64,000 bases of DNA from Vicinamibacteria bacterium (GTDB taxonomy: Bacteria; Acidobacteriota; Vicinamibacteria; Marinacidobacterales; Marinacidobacteraceae), in NCBI GenBank assembly GCA_963422395.1, contig OY729431.1:2336001-2400000 (forward strand), read 5' to 3'. The position numbers and the translations under genes were made by a program. Positions within the stretch are counted from its first letter, which is position 1. Every line of letters starts with the position of its first letter. Below, piece by piece: positions 38,418 through 48,574 of the stretch. The notes beneath the pieces were generated by a model. The model was not told where the DNA came from. It ran no database searches and was given only the letters and a program-made list of their open reading frames with translations.

Positions 38418-39540
38418 TCCGGGGCTCCGCCAGCCCGGATTTCGCCTGCCCGGATTCCAGCTGCCGGGAGACCGTTCGAAGGATGCGGCCGGACCCGAGG
38501 CAGCGATCGCTCCGGTAGAACACCGCGAACTGCCCGGGGGCGATGCCGGCGTCGGGCTCGTCGAGGAGCACTTCGCCGACACCGTCCGCAGCGATCCGCA
38601 GCTCGGCGGCAGCGAGTTCCGGGGCGTGGCGGACCCGGACCAGCAGCCGCTCGCTGCCAGCGATGGATGCCCCGGGTCCGATCCAGTGGAGGTCCCCGAC
38701 CGCGAAGCGCCGGACGGGCGGGCCGGCGGCACGGCGCACGAACACCCGGTTCGCCGCCGCGTCCTTCGCCGAGACGAACCACGGCCCCCCGGAGAGACCG
38801 AGCCCCTTCCGCTGCCCCACGGTGAAGAGCCAGTGCCCGCGGTGGCTCCCGATCTCGCCCCCGGTCACTTCGTCCACCACCGGGCCCGGGTGCTCGCCGA
38901 GGTGGGCGGCGATGAAGTCGCGGTAGCGGACGCCGCCGAGAAAGCAGATCCCCTGGCTGTCCCGACGATCCTTCGGGGCCAGGCCGAGCCGGGCGGCGAT
39001 CCGGCGGACATCCGCCTTCTCGAGACCGCCCACCGGGAAGAGCGAGCGCTCGAGCTGGGCGGCGCTGATCCGAGAGAGGAAATAGGTCTGGTCCTTCACC
39101 GGATCCGCTCCCCGGTGGAGCTCGGGCCCCTCGGCTCCGCCGACCCGAAGCGCGTAGTGCCCGGTGGCCAACCGCTCGAAGCGGCGGCGCGGAAGCTCGG
39201 CGTCCAGCCAGTCGGGAAAGGCCCCGAACTTGATCCGGGCGTTACAGAAGAGATCCGGACTCGGGGTGCCGCCGCGTTCGAGCTCGTCCAGCAAGTAGGC
39301 GACCACCCGCTCGCGGTAGGCCCGCTGCAAGGAGAGGACGGTGAGGGGAACGCCGAGCTGTCCGGTGACCGCGCGGACGAAGCGGAGATCCTCCTCCCAG
39401 GGGCAGCGGCCCAGATGTTCCAGCTCGTCCTCGAGCCAGACTTTCAGGTAGAAAGCGTGGACCTCATGCCCCGCTTCGACGAGGCGGGCGAGGGCGACGG
39501 AGCTGTCCACCCCCCCCGAGGCGAGCAGAGCGACGCGCAT
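38386..39540 (-). CDS. mnmA: tRNA 2-thiouridine(34) synthase
   Basis: SGGVDSS, PDLFCN, ATGHY, KDQTYFL, DSQGICF. Confidence 0.95.
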   Translation of the reverse strand: MRVALLASGGVDSSVALARLVEAGHEVHAFYLKVWLEDELEHLGRCPWEEDLRFVRAVTGQLGVPLTVLSLQRAYRERVVAYLLDELERGGTPSPDLFCNARIKFGAFPDWLDAELPRRRFERLATGHYALRVGGAEGPELHRGADPVKDQTYFLSRISAAQLERSLFPVGGLEKADVRRIAARLGLAPKDRRDSQGICFLGGVRYRDFIAAHLGEHPGPVVDEVTGGEIGSHRGHWLFTVGQRKGLGLSGGPWFVSAKDAAANRVFVRRAAGPPVRRFAVGDLHWIGPGASIAGSERLLVRVRHAPELAAAELRIAADGVGEVLLDEPDAGIAPGQFAVFYRSDRCLGSGRILRTVSRQLESGQAKSGLAEPRISPADPGSRR

Positions 39541-39639
39541 GGGTCGGATCAGTCCGGGAATCATCGCGCCCCCCGGGGGGTGTCGGTTTCGAGCTCGTCG
39601 GCGGTAGGATTCGGAGCGCTCCGCGAGAGCTACCCCTTC

Positions 39640-40158
39640 ATGACGGTCCCACCGAGCGATCCGAGCGGTCTCCGGCAGGGGAGCCTGCTCGCCATCTGGA
39701 CCAAAAGCGGGCGCGCCGAGCCCATGATCCCCCGAAACGAGGGAGAGCTGGTCTGCGGCGAAGGGCTCAGCGGTTCCGCCCCGGCGCGGGGGAAGCGGCA
39801 AGTCACGGTGCTCTCGCAGGAAGCCTGGTCGCAGGCGGCAGCCGAGGCGGGGCATCCGGACGCCGACCCGATGCTGCGCCGCGCCAACCTGCTGGTCCGC
39901 GGCGTGGATCTCCGGGAGACGCGGGGGCGCACGCTGGCGGTGGGCGAAACGCGGATCCTGATCCACGGCGAGACGAAGCCCTGCGAGCGGATGGACGCGG
40001 CTGCCGGTTCCCTCCGGGAAGCGCTCGGCCCCGACTGGCGCGCGGGGGTCTTCGGCGAAGTTCTCTGCGGCGGGCCGATCCGGGTGGGGGACCCCGTCGG
40101 CTGGATGGCGCCAGACCCGGTGATGCCAGACCCGGTGATGCCAGACCCGGTGAGCTGA
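39640..40158 (+). CDS. MOSC domain protein
   Basis: RQVTVL, RRANL, ETKPCERMD, GPIRVGD. Confidence 0.88.
   Translation: MTVPPSDPSGLRQGSLLAIWTKSGRAEPMIPRNEGELVCGEGLSGSAPARGKRQVTVLSQEAWSQAAAEAGHPDADPMLRRANLLVRGVDLRETRGRTLAVGETRILIHGETKPCERMDAAAGSLREALGPDWRAGVFGEVLCGGPIRVGDPVGWMAPDPVMPDPVMPDPVS
40111..40153 (+). repeat. 15-bp tandem repeat (CCAGACCCGGTGATG, about 3 units)
   Basis: Direct reading; encodes PDPVM repeats at the MOSC C-terminus. Confidence 0.85.
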
Positions 40159-40170
40159 CGGGCGGAGCCC

Positions 40171-41613
40171 TTGAGCGCCGTTCCTGATCCGGCGCGTTTC
40201 CAGCTGCAGCCGGTCGGCCCGATTCCCGAGCGCGCCGAGGGCTCGGCCGCCGACGCCCGGCGGGTGGCAGCCGCCGTCCACGAAGCCGGCGGGCGGGCGC
40301 TGATCGTGGGCGGCTTCGTGCGCGACGGGATGCTTTCGGGCAGCTCCGCCGGCGAACCCGACCTCGAGGTCTTCGGACTGCCGATCCACGCGCTGGAACG
40401 GACCCTCCGCCCACTCGGGAGAGTGCGCCGGGTGGGGAGAGCATTTCCGGTGCTTCGGGTAGGCCGGCTTCCGGTCGAAGTCGCCCTTCCCCGCCGCGAA
40501 TCGAAGACCGGGCCCGGCCATCTCGGCTTCGAGGCGGTCGCCGATCCGGAGATGCCGTTCCGGGAGGCGGCACAGCGGCGCGATCTGACGGTCAACGCGA
40601 TGGGCCTCGATCCGCTCACCGGGGAGTTGTTCGATCCTTTCGGCGGGCAGCGCGATCTGGAGCGCGGGATCCTGCGGGCCGCCGACCCCGCGCACTTCGC
40701 CGAGGATCCGCTGCGCGGGCTTCGGGTGGCGGCCTTCGCGGCTCGGTTCTCGTTCCGCGCCGACGAGGAACTCCACCGACTCTGTGCGGAACTCGACCTG
40801 TCCGAGCTGAGTCCGGAGCGGATCTACGACGAACTCGGGAAGACCCTCTTCGGACGGGAGCCGTCGCTCGGTTTCCGTTTTCTCGCCGCCACCGGGCTGC
40901 TGCGGTTCCTCCCGGAGATCGAGGCGCTCCGGGGCGTCCCGCAGGATCCCGAGTGGCACCCCGAGGGCGATGTGTTCGTCCACACCCTGCTCGCGCTCGA
41001 CCGCGCCGCCGCGATGGCGCCGGAAGACCCTGCCGCTCGCCGGGTCCTGATGTTCGCCACCCTCTGCCACGACTTCGGCAAGCCGGCGGCCACCCGCCGC
41101 CAGCCGGGGCGGATCACCGCCTCGGGCCACGACGCCGCGGGAGCACCGCTCGCGCGCAGCTTCCTCGAGCGGCTGCGGGCGCCGCGGGCGCTCGTCGAGT
41201 CGGTGGCGGCGCTGACCCGGAGACACCTGGCTCCGGCGCTCTATCCGCGGCAGGGAGCGAAGCGAGCCGCCTACTGCCGCCTCGCCCGAGAGCTGGCCGC
41301 CGCGGGGACGAACCTCGAGATGCTGCTCCGAGTGGCGACCGCCGACCAGCTGGGACGGGAAACCGCGGCGGCGCGCGCCGGACGGTTCCCCGCGGGAGCG
41401 CTCTTCCGGGAGCGCGCCGAAGCGGCGGGGGTGTTCCGCGATCCCCCCCGGGACGCGGTCTCCGGGCGGCATGTCCTGGCGCGGGACATCCGGCCGGGGA
41501 GAGCGGTGGGGCGGCTCCTCGAGATCAGCCGCCGAATCCAGGACGGGAGCGGGGAGACCGACCCCGAGCGGATCCTCGACCGGGCCCTCCGCGAGGCGGG
41601 AGGGGAGCGATGA
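40171..41613 (+). CDS. cca: CCA tRNA nucleotidyltransferase with HD domain
   Basis: VGGFVRD, RRDLTVNAM, EDPLR, HPEGDV, CHDFGK. Confidence 0.88.
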   Translation: MSAVPDPARFQLQPVGPIPERAEGSAADARRVAAAVHEAGGRALIVGGFVRDGMLSGSSAGEPDLEVFGLPIHALERTLRPLGRVRRVGRAFPVLRVGRLPVEVALPRRESKTGPGHLGFEAVADPEMPFREAAQRRDLTVNAMGLDPLTGELFDPFGGQRDLERGILRAADPAHFAEDPLRGLRVAAFAARFSFRADEELHRLCAELDLSELSPERIYDELGKTLFGREPSLGFRFLAATGLLRFLPEIEALRGVPQDPEWHPEGDVFVHTLLALDRAAAMAPEDPAARRVLMFATLCHDFGKPAATRRQPGRITASGHDAAGAPLARSFLERLRAPRALVESVAALTRRHLAPALYPRQGAKRAAYCRLARELAAAGTNLEMLLRVATADQLGRETAAARAGRFPAGALFRERAEAAGVFRDPPRDAVSGRHVLARDIRPGRAVGRLLEISRRIQDGSGETDPERILDRALREAGGER

Positions 41614-42635
41614 CCTCCTCCCCGGTTCTCGCCGTCCCCGCCCGTCCGGCGGCAGTCCGGGCAGCGACCTGGATCCGCCCCGAGCGGCTGCGGACGGCGC
41701 TGGACCTCCGGGTCATCCTGGTCAGCGAGACCTTCCAGCGGACCGGCAGCTTCAAGTTCCGGGCGGCGTACCACCGGGCGCGGAGTACCGCAGCGCCCCG
41801 GCTGCTGGCCGCCTCGTCGGGAAACTTCGGCCAGGCGCTCGCCCTCGCCTGCCGGCTGCTGGGAAAGCGGGCCACCATCGTGATGCCCCGGGTCTCGGCG
41901 CGGGTGAAGATCGAAGCGGTGCGGAGCCACGGCGCCGAAGTGAAGCTGATGGATGCGGAGCGGGAGTCCCGCGAGGAAGCGGTGGCGCGCTTCCTCGACG
42001 AGCTGCCCGAAGCGGAGGTGGCGAGCGCCTACGACGACCCCGCGGTGATCGCCGGAAACGCGACCCTCGGGGTGGAGATCGGGGCGCGGCTGCGGCGGCT
42101 TCCGGCGGCTCGGCGAGAGCGGGCGGCGGTCGTGGTCCCGGTCGGCGGCGGCGGCATCAGCTCGGGGATCGTGCTGGGCCTGCGGACTGCGGGAGTTCCC
42201 GAGGTTTCGGTGATCGGCGCGGAGCCGCAAATAGCGAACGACGCCGCCGAGTCGCTCCGCCAGGGCCGACTGGTATCCCACGCCGGCGAGGCGCTCTCGC
42301 TGGCGGACGGGGCGCGGCTGCCGCGGATCGGCAGCCACAACTGGGCCATCCTGCGCGAGGGCCTCGAGGGGATCGTCGAGGTTCCCGAACGAAAGATCGC
42401 CGAGGGGGTGCGGGCGCTCTTCGGCCTCGCCAACCTGAAAGCCGAGCCGACCGGCGCGCTGGGCGTCGCCGCGCTGCTCGCCGCACCGGAGCGGTTCGCG
42501 GGCCGCGAGGTCTTTTGCGTGATCACCGGCGGCAATGTGGACCCGGCGGTATATGCCCGAATCCTCGACGGCGCGAACTCGACCGCCGAGGCGTACCGAG
42601 ACTCCCCGGCCGGAAAGCCCCCGGCAGGCTGCTGA
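41610..42635 (+). CDS. PLP-dependent serine/threonine dehydratase family
   Basis: FQRTGSFKFR, SSGNFG, PVGGGG, TGGNVD. Confidence 0.9.
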   Translation: MTSSPVLAVPARPAAVRAATWIRPERLRTALDLRVILVSETFQRTGSFKFRAAYHRARSTAAPRLLAASSGNFGQALALACRLLGKRATIVMPRVSARVKIEAVRSHGAEVKLMDAERESREEAVARFLDELPEAEVASAYDDPAVIAGNATLGVEIGARLRRLPAARRERAAVVVPVGGGGISSGIVLGLRTAGVPEVSVIGAEPQIANDAAESLRQGRLVSHAGEALSLADGARLPRIGSHNWAILREGLEGIVEVPERKIAEGVRALFGLANLKAEPTGALGVAALLAAPERFAGREVFCVITGGNVDPAVYARILDGANSTAEAYRDSPAGKPPAGC

Positions 42636-43129
42636 TGCTCCGGCTGCTTCTCCTCCGCCACGCGAAATCGGACTGGGGCTCGCCCGAACTGCCCGATCAC
42701 GACCGCCCGCTCGCTCTCCGCGGCCTCCGAGACGCCCCCCGGATGGGCCGCTTCCTCCAAGACCGCGGCCTCGTCCCCGAAGCCGCGCTCGTCTCCACCG
42801 CCCGCCGCGCCCACGAAACGGCGCGCCTCGCTCTCGAGGCAGCCGGCGCGCCGCCCGACGCCCTGCGCCTCGTCCCCGACCTCTACGGATCGAGCCCCGA
42901 CGAGATCCTGCGGATCGTGAGGCAGGAAGGCTGCCGCGCCTCTCCGCTGCTCGTGGTCGCCCACAACCCGGGGATGAGGGACCTCGCCGCCCGCTTCACC
43001 GGCCGGCCGGGACCCTTCCCCACCGCCGCCCTCGCGGTGGTTTCGTGCGCGGTGAGCCGCTGGCCGGAGCTGTCGTCGGCCACCGGGGCCGCGCTGGTGG
43101 AAACCCTGGTCCGTCTCCGCGACGGCTGA
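42635..43129 (+). CDS. sixA: SixA-like histidine phosphatase
   Basis: LLRHAKS, DHDRPL, HNPG, FPTA. Confidence 0.88.
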   Translation: MLRLLLLRHAKSDWGSPELPDHDRPLALRGLRDAPRMGRFLQDRGLVPEAALVSTARRAHETARLALEAAGAPPDALRLVPDLYGSSPDEILRIVRQEGCRASPLLVVAHNPGMRDLAARFTGRPGPFPTAALAVVSCAVSRWPELSSATGAALVETLVRLRDG

Positions 43130-43174
43130 GGCGCCGGTCCGACCCCCTCAGAACGATGTGCAACAATGTGACAC

Positions 43175-43408
43175 ATGAAGACGGTATCGATCCGCGAACT
43201 GCACCTGGCCACTGGACGCTGGGTGCGGGTCGGCGCCAGCGAACCGGTCGTCGTCACCGACCACGGGCGCGAGGTCGCCGTGATCGAGCCGTTCGATCCT
43301 GCCCGACTGGGTCAGCCCCTGCCTGACCGCGAGGCCCGGATCCGGAAGCGATCCCGCTTGTCCACCGACTCGGTCGTTCTTCAGTCCGAGATGCGTGACC
43401 GCGCGTGA
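43175..43408 (+). CDS. Phd/YefM family antitoxin
   Basis: MKTVSIREL...PVVVTDHGREVAVI. Confidence 0.85.
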   Translation: MKTVSIRELHLATGRWVRVGASEPVVVTDHGREVAVIEPFDPARLGQPLPDREARIRKRSRLSTDSVVLQSEMRDRA

Positions 43409-43839
43409 AGTATTTCGACGCGGCATATATCGCCAAGTGTTATCTCAACGAACCGGGCGCCGCCCGCGTCCGCGGACTCGCGTGCCGAGTCCCGGGCCTG
43501 TGCTCGGCGGACTTCGGCCGCCTAGAGTTCACCAGCATCATCCAGCGGCACCGCAGTGAAGGCCGGCTCGGGGCGCAGGAGAGCCTCGAGGTCTTCGCGG
43601 ACTTCGAACAGGACGAACGGAATGGGGTGTGGCGCTGGCTCCCGGTGACCGCCTCGCTCATCCGCGCCGCGTGCGCACAGATGCGGACGCTGTCGAGGAA
43701 CACCTTTCTCCGCGCCGGCGACGCGCTCCACCTTGCGTGCGCCCGGGAGTACGGCTTCACCGAGATTCACACGAACGACCGGCACATGTTGGCAGCCGCA
43801 CCGGAGTTCGACATCACCGGGGTTGATGTGATCGCCTGA
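43405..43839 (+). CDS. vapC: VapC PIN-domain toxin
   Basis: YFDAAYIAKCYLNE, LRAGDALHLA, TNDRH. Confidence 0.9.
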   Translation: MKYFDAAYIAKCYLNEPGAARVRGLACRVPGLCSADFGRLEFTSIIQRHRSEGRLGAQESLEVFADFEQDERNGVWRWLPVTASLIRAACAQMRTLSRNTFLRAGDALHLACAREYGFTEIHTNDRHMLAAAPEFDITGVDVIA

Positions 43840-44236
43840 TCCGGGGCAGGCAGCGCAATCCGGCGCAAGGCGCCGAACCCGCGGGAGGGGTTCGAAGGGC
43901 GCGAAGTTTTTCTGTGGGGTCGACAGGCGCGACAGGGATCAGCGGCGTACCCCCGGATCCTCGACGCGCGAACTCGGCGGCCGAGGCGTACGGGAACGGC
44001 TGATGCTCGTCGAAGTCAGGCAGCGCCCGAGTGATTTGGGGATGGCCGATTCCGACGACACTTTTTGACATGGTTGACGAATAACCTGCCGCCGCCATGG
44101 ACGAACACACGCCGAAATCACGCATGCCGAAAGGCGCAACCGACCCCCGCAGATCTTTCGATTCGGGCCTCTCGATTCCCATCGGGAGGGACACCGAAGC
44201 AAGCCCGGCTCGACCGGCAGAGTTTTCCCCATCGCT

Positions 44237-45090
44237 GTGGCGACGCTCGCCGCGGCTCTGCTCGCGCTGAGCGCCGGCTGCGGCAACGGAGGGAACCGCT
44301 CCCCGACGACGCCAGCCCCCCGACCGACTCCGGCACCCAAGCCGCCGCCGCCGCTCGGGACGCCGGCCGAACTGGCGGTTTACGAGATCGGCGAGGATTT
44401 ATCGAGTGGCGCTGGCTCCCGGTGTAGGGCGCCGGCGGATACGAGGTGCAGTCCACCTTGAACGAAGAGCTCATCGCGCTGGGTGACATCCTGGCCGCGA
44501 CGGAACCGAAGTATCGCCGGATCGGGCTAGATCCAGACACGACAGTCTATCTCCGGGTCAGGACCGGTGCCGGTGCCGGCGCCGGCGACTCGCGACGGGA
44601 GAGCGAATGGACCTCCCACAAGACCGGAAAGACGGAACCAATCGCCGAATCTCCAAAAGAGGAGGCCAAGACGCTGACCGCGGCCTCATGGGCAGCGGCC
44701 TGTAGAAACAGCGAGGATGTCGTTTGGATCCTCGAGCATGCAAATGCCGAAACCCGCCAGGACTTGGAATTGGATCAAGAGTCGGGTTCGTGAGGGGCGC
44801 TGCGGCTATTTTCTGGACGGCGCGCCGATCCAGTGGGACGGACGCGAAAAGCGGGTTGCCGCCGTGATCGAAGGGGAGAGCTGGCCTATGCGGCTGCTCT
44901 GGGTCTCGGGCACACAGGATCCCATTTCATTCGCATCGCACCGACCCCGGACTACGCGGGTTGGATGTGGGAGGGATTCACCGAGGAGTTCCGACGCAGG
45001 GGCGCGCAGAACGTGCAACCGGGTTCGGTGGAGCGCGCTCTCACGGATGCGATGCGGCAGCTCGGCGCCCGACTGCAGTCCCCGGAATGA
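44237..45090 (+). pseudogene. Degraded fibronectin type III lipoprotein
   Basis: Lipobox SAGC, Pro linker, IEWRW..V*GAGGYEVQ...GLDPDTTVYLRVR; frameshift near 44398 and stop at 44425. Confidence 0.6.
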
Positions 45091-45112
45091 CGACACGGGA
45101 GGCCCGTCGCCA

Positions 45113-45833
45113 CTAGACCGCTTCCTGTGGGGTGATTTCGTAGTATGGGTGTATAGCTAATGGGATTGCGTCGCGTTGAGCAGCGCCGGACATCCTGGAC
45201 TTCGACGGCGAGTCTTCCTCGAAGCGCGGCGACAGAGCAGCAGGCGTCAGCGGTCGGGGAACCGGCTGGTCCGCGAGAGCTGGTGTGCGACAAGGAGTAT
45301 CACAGCGACGCGACGCGGTTGCGTCTGCGGCGGGAGGGGGTGCGTTCGTATGAGGCCTTTGGAGCTGGCGGGGGAAGGAAGAGGAGCGCCGGGCGGTGGT
45401 TGCGAATCGGCGGCGCGTTCGTGGTGAGCACGGGAAGCGCCTGCTGCGCCGGCGGGGCGAGTTGGTGGAGCGCTCGTTTGCGCACGGTTACGAGACCGGG
45501 GGGATGCGGCGGCTGTATTTGCGCGGACGGGGGAACATCGGGAAGCGGCTGTTGATCCAGGCGGCGGGCTTCGACCTCGGGCTGCTGATGCGCCACCGGT
45601 GCGGAATCGGCAAGCCGCGACGACTGCAGGGGCGCGCGGCGGCGTTCGGCGCCGCGCTTTTCGCTCTCATTTTCGCCTACCGGAGCCGGGAACCGCCCGC
45701 CTGGGCCTGGATAGCGCCCTGTCGGGCGGTTTTCCCGCGCAGACCGCGCCCGCCCTCCGTACTGCGCCGATCACGGCACCCCTCCGGGGCCGCTGATCCT
45801 CACCGATTACAGCAGTTTGTCCACGGGCTGTTA
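45113..45833 (+). mobile_element. Internally deleted DDE IS remnant (IS1182/IS5-like)
   Basis: VCDKEYHS and RRRGELVERSFAH.YETGGMRR in different frames; right end TTTGTCCACGGGCTGTTAG; left end uncertain. Confidence 0.7.
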
Positions 45834-46298
45834 GCGGTTGGGGGGCGGGGGCGGTTCGAGCTGGGAGAGGCGGTTGACCCCGGCGCGCTGGGCGATGCGC
45901 CCCACGGTGCTGGGGGAGATGCCGAGCTGCTGGCTGATGTCGTGGTAGGTGCGGCGCTCGCGCCGCAGTTCGACGACTCGGGTGCGCCGCGCCTCGCTGG
46001 TGCGGTGCGGGCAGCGATGCGGGCGCGAGGAGCGGTCCCCGAGGCCCGGCAGGCCCTCCTCGCGCCAGCGGGCGAGCCACTTGTATGCAGTGCGCACGCT
46101 CACCCCCGAGGCCTGGGCCGCCGCCTCGACGCGGAGGCCTTCCTCGGTGATGCGGCGAACCAGGATCTCTCGACCGAGCGGGGTCAGTTTGGCGGACTCG
46201 TGGATGTTCATGCGGGCTGCTCCTTGTGCTGAGGGGTTGTGGATGCCCATGAGTTCCGGGCATCGGGTTCGCGTGAACAACCTACCGCAAGGTCACAG
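45831..46298 (-). mobile_element. Truncated IS481 family element (left end plus transposase N-terminus 46211..45831)
   Basis: CTAG-C-TGTGACCTTGCGGTAGGTTGTTCA end; MNIHESAKLTPLGR...TAYKWLARW...DRSSRPH; integrase core missing. Confidence 0.85.
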
Positions 46299-46355
46299 CT
46301 AGGGACTGGCGCCGCCGAAACAGCCGAAACGAGGGCAGTAGCCCGGTTCACCGAC

Positions 46356-46784
46356 TCAACCGAATTTCTCCAGAGGCCCGATCCAATCGGTCAGATACGG
46401 ATGGCTTTCCACGCGGTCGCAAAACCGCATGTCCGCAGTGATGAGCGGTGCCTGTTCCTGCATCGCGAGGGCGAGATAGAAGCAGTCGTAGATCGGATGG
46501 CCGATATCGGCGGCGAGGCGAGCAGCCGCTGGCAGGAGTTGAAGCGCGGTGCGAGGCGCCAGAATCGGTGCGGTCCTCAGCATCCCTACCGCTTCCTCGA
46601 ACTGACTCTCATCCAGGCCGCCGCGCTGGCGCATCGCCCACAGCGCGTTCGCGGCTTCGGCGAACAGCAGTTCCGGCGCGAGGAGGGAGATTCCCGGCGC
46701 GAGCAAGAGCGACGCCTGATCCGACAGCGGTTCTTTCACCAGCCATTTGACGGCCACGCTCGCATCCACGACATATCGGGTCAT
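46356..46784 (-). CDS. vapC: VapC/FitB PIN-domain toxin
   Basis: VVDASVAVKW, IYDCFYLALA, LITAD. Confidence 0.9.
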   Translation of the reverse strand: MTRYVVDASVAVKWLVKEPLSDQASLLLAPGISLLAPELLFAEAANALWAMRQRGGLDESQFEEAVGMLRTAPILAPRTALQLLPAAARLAADIGHPIYDCFYLALAMQEQAPLITADMRFCDRVESHPYLTDWIGPLEKFG

Positions 46785-47017
46785 ACGCCGAGGTCCCGAT
46801 CCCGGTCGGCGCGGATGATCTCCGTGCTGTCCACGGTAGAGACGAGCCGCTCGCGCAATCGGGCCGCCTTCGACGCGAAGCTCTCTTCGCTACCCAAGAG
46901 CACCTGCCGAAGGATTTCTCGATGTTCCGCTTCAGCCGAACGACCGTTCGAAACGGCCCGACGCTTCAGTTCCAGGACCACCAGGTCGGTGACGCGGCGA
47001 ACGGTCAACTGGGCCAT
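46781..47017 (-). CDS. FitA-like ribbon-helix-helix antitoxin
   Basis: MAQLTVRRV...LKRRAVSNGRSAEAEHREIL. Confidence 0.88.
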   Translation of the reverse strand: MAQLTVRRVTDLVVLELKRRAVSNGRSAEAEHREILRQVLLGSEESFASKAARLRERLVSTVDSTEIIRADRDRDLGV

Positions 47018-47235
47018 GAGAATGCATTCGATGAAGGCGCTTGCATCGACAGATGATCATAGCATCCAGCAGAGTCCGCGCGGGTCGTTGGGGGAGCGGC
47101 GGACCCGGCATCCGTGGTGAGCCAGGCCACGAGATGCGGTCATGAGCGCGATCCTGGGAAAACGAGTCGGAAACCCGGATCACTGGCCGCGGGACCTTGG
47201 TCGGCTCTACCGGGTAGCAGCACAGCGGGCGATGA
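46932..47235. repeat. Direct repeat A (fitA 5' part, upstream spacer, copy of DUF5107 gene 3' end)
   Basis: Aligns to 49911..50103 apart from an approximately 90-100 bp extra segment. Confidence 0.85.
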
Positions 47236-48270
47236 GCGACGAGCTGAAGCGGCTGCGCGCCCGGCTCGCCCGGCGGAAGAGGCGCCGAGACGCGCCGCCG
47301 GCGAGCAACGGGAACGCCGGCCTGGCGTCGAACTTCCTCGACCTCGCCCACGCGAAACTGCGCCCCGGCGGGACGCTCGCCCTGGTGATGCCGGCCTCGC
47401 TCGCACTCGGCGGCAGCTGGAAGCCGAGCCGGGCACTGCTCGCCATGCATTACGAGAAGCTGGTGATCGTCTCGCTGGCCGGCGCCCGGAGCGAGGAGAA
47501 GGCTCGGCGGATACCGGGATGGCCGAGGTCCTGGTGTTGGCGCGCAAGCGCTCGGACCCCCTGCCGACGGATTCCCCTACGGACTCCCTTCCAACGAATC
47601 CTCCGAAGGACCCCGAAGCGGCGGGCGCTGCCTGGATCTCGCTGCAGCGCCAGCCGCGGAGCACCGCCGAGGCCCACGAGACCTCGCGGGAGCTCTCGCG
47701 GCAGTTGGCCGGGGCCGGCGAAGCGAGCGGGGCGGAACGCGGATCGGTCTTCGAGGTACGGCTCGGCGGCAAATTCACGGGCAGCGGCATCCGCGCCGCC
47801 CTCGGGGACGGCGGCGCTGCCGGAGTGGCCGATCTCTCCCTCGTCCAGGCGGCGATGGGGCTCTCGCAGGGGCGGCTCCCCCTCCCCAGGAGCAGCGGTA
47901 GCGCCCTACAACAGCTCGCCCGTCTGCCGATCACCCGCCTCGGAGAGCTGGGGACCCGCGGGCCGCTCGACCGGGATGTCGGGGGCGCCGGAGCGCCGCG
48001 GGCCGGGCGCGCGGCCCCTTCGAGATCGTCCCGGTCCAGGGCGTTCCCACCTTCCCGGTCCTCTGGGGCCACGACGCCACCCGCGAACAGAAGCTCGTCG
48101 TCGCCCCCGACTCCATGGGCACGGTGCTCCCGGGGCGCGCGCCGGATGCGGCCTCGCTGTGGCGAACCGCGAGCCGCCTCCATTGCAACCGGGACTTCCA
48201 ACTGAACTCCCAGAGCCTCACCGCCTGCCTGACGCCGAGCGCGGCCATCGGGGGCCGAGCCTGGTCGTCG
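47232..48270 (+). pseudogene. Fragment of a Type IIG-like restriction-modification methyltransferase
   Basis: NAGLASNFLDLAHAKLRPGGTLALVMP, SADTGMAEVL, DFQLNSQSL...GGRAW across several frames; N-terminal motifs missing. Confidence 0.65.
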
Positions 48271-48355
48271 GGGACCCGGACCAGCGCCGGTGTAGCGCAC
48301 CGGGCGCACGATCGACGGAAGGGTGTGGAATCAGTTCCCGAAACACCCGCCGGCC

Positions 48356-48549
48356 TAGCAGTCCGTGGACGAAGTCACACGGCCAAAGGCCGGCGATGCC
48401 CAGTTCTCCCGGTGGGGGCCCCGCCTGAACCGCTTCGCTCGGCGTTGCGATTCCGTCGGAATACTCCCGGTATGCCTCCCGAATCGCGCCTCGTCAGCCG
48501 GGCGCCTCCCCGATCTTGGGGCTCACGCCACTTTATCCACAGACTGTTA
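48356..48549. mobile_element. MITE copy 3 (194 bp, diverged, internal deletion)
   Basis: TAGCAGTCCGTGGA...TCCACAGACTGTTA. Confidence 0.85.
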
Positions 48550-48574
48550 GGCCCGGCCTCTCTGCGCCCGAACC

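Noticed and set aside
48352-48553. MITE ends resemble integron attC sites (GCCTAGC...GTTAGGC)
   Set aside because: At about 200 bp it is too long for attC, there is no cassette array or IntI, and the ends match an IS terminus
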